This document shows, piece by piece, positions 63,061 to 64,000 of a stretch of DNA of 64,000 nucleotides. The position numbers and the translations under genes are program-made. Origin of the DNA: Camelus dromedarius (taxonomy: Eukaryota); contig NC_087447.1 in NCBI RefSeq assembly GCF_036321535.1, positions 45,944,001 to 46,008,000 of the forward strand, given 5' to 3'. Within the stretch, counting starts at the first letter, position 1, and each line of letters begins with the position of its first letter. Below the pieces are notes generated by a model that did no database searches, was not told the DNA's origin, and saw only the letters and a program-made list of their open reading frames with translations.

Positions 63061-64000
63061 AGGATTAAATCAAGCACAAGGAGAAGGATTAGCTGATGGA
63101 GTGAGGTGTCCTTTTTCTCTCTCTCTCTTTCCCATTTTCTTGAGCTTTCCAATTTATTTTAATCGAATGTATGTAAAAGAGAAGAGTGATTTAATATATC
63201 CATAGGCATAGTGAAAAATAATTTCTTTAGACCAAATTAACTTTTACGTGGAAAAAAAGGACAAGGGTTAATGTAGTATTGCTGTGACTCATTTCCATTT
63301 GGAGACTTTATGTTTGAAGTGTTTATTCTTCATTCCATAAATCTGAGTCTGTGATTTATAAACACTGCCATCAGGAGAAAACGTAACACATTTTAAAGGT
63401 TTAATTTAGGAAAAATATGTGTATTTATTAACATATGATAAGTGGTTTCCTGTTCAGACAATTTTCTAATGACTCAGTTCTCGTAACTCCCAGTCTCCTC
63501 AAAAATAATGTGTTTATGACTTGGTTAGTCTCTTCAGAGGGTAGGTTCCTCCTCCAATGATAATCTTCCCCTGGTGCCACCAGTGTAGACTAGGCCTCCA
63601 CCAACTTCTTATGTCTTTTCAAGGTGGGAGGATTCCCAATTCTGGATCTGTTTCCTGTTCTATTCAGCTATGTGAGGGCTGTTGTGACAAACAGCCCCCC
63701 TCTTTGATGTGGCTTACACTGACTACTTGTATCAACGTGCATTTCTTCCTGACCCTGCCAGCTTTCATGGTGGAGATCCTCTTACTTCCACCCTAAAATC
63801 CTGTCCTTGTTATTAGTTCCAAACCCATAGAATCAACTGCTATAACTGCCTCTACTCTGCCAGGTCTGCTTTATCCTTACTTTCTTTTCTGTCAGCAACT
63901 GGAACCATGGATTTCTCCAAAGGTCAGTAAAAGATTGCCCCACAGTGGAAGCTCAAGTTCTCCAGCTGTCTCGTTATAGCCTGTTCTACTCAGAAATAAA

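Noticed and set aside
62952..63152. Poly-Cys ORF; also the poly-Leu ORF at 14419-14673
   Set aside because: Translations of trinucleotide repeats.
1..64000. MMP26 exons (human transcripts span this OR block)
   Set aside because: No metalloproteinase coding sequence seen; non-coding exons cannot be identified from sequence alone.

Overview
Mammalian genomic DNA, part of the class I olfactory receptor (OR51/OR52) cluster. A tRNA-derived Vic-1-type SINE and the L1 3' ends suggest a camelid. The window holds five intact single-coding-exon OR genes: OR51H1 (+), a second OR51H paralogue (-), OR51S1 (+), OR51F2 (-) and OR52R1 (+). It also holds one OR51A pseudogene (-, syntenic with OR51A8) with two frameshifts and a lost 3' end. 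Gene order matches the human 11p15.4 block as I recall it, read in reverse. The spacers are AT-rich, CpG-poor and full of L1, L2, MIR, MaLR/ERV LTR and hAT relics. The main anomaly is a ~240 bp CpG island at 16.77-17.0 kb with CTCF and NRF1 motifs and no assignable gene. Next best is a homeodomain plus O/E (Lhx2/Ebf-like) motif cluster at 9.55-9.68 kb, a candidate OR enhancer. I see no firm evidence for a new biological system; these two elements are the best leads. Gene names, human comparisons and repeat family names come from recalled sequences, not database searches, and old-repeat boundaries are approximate.
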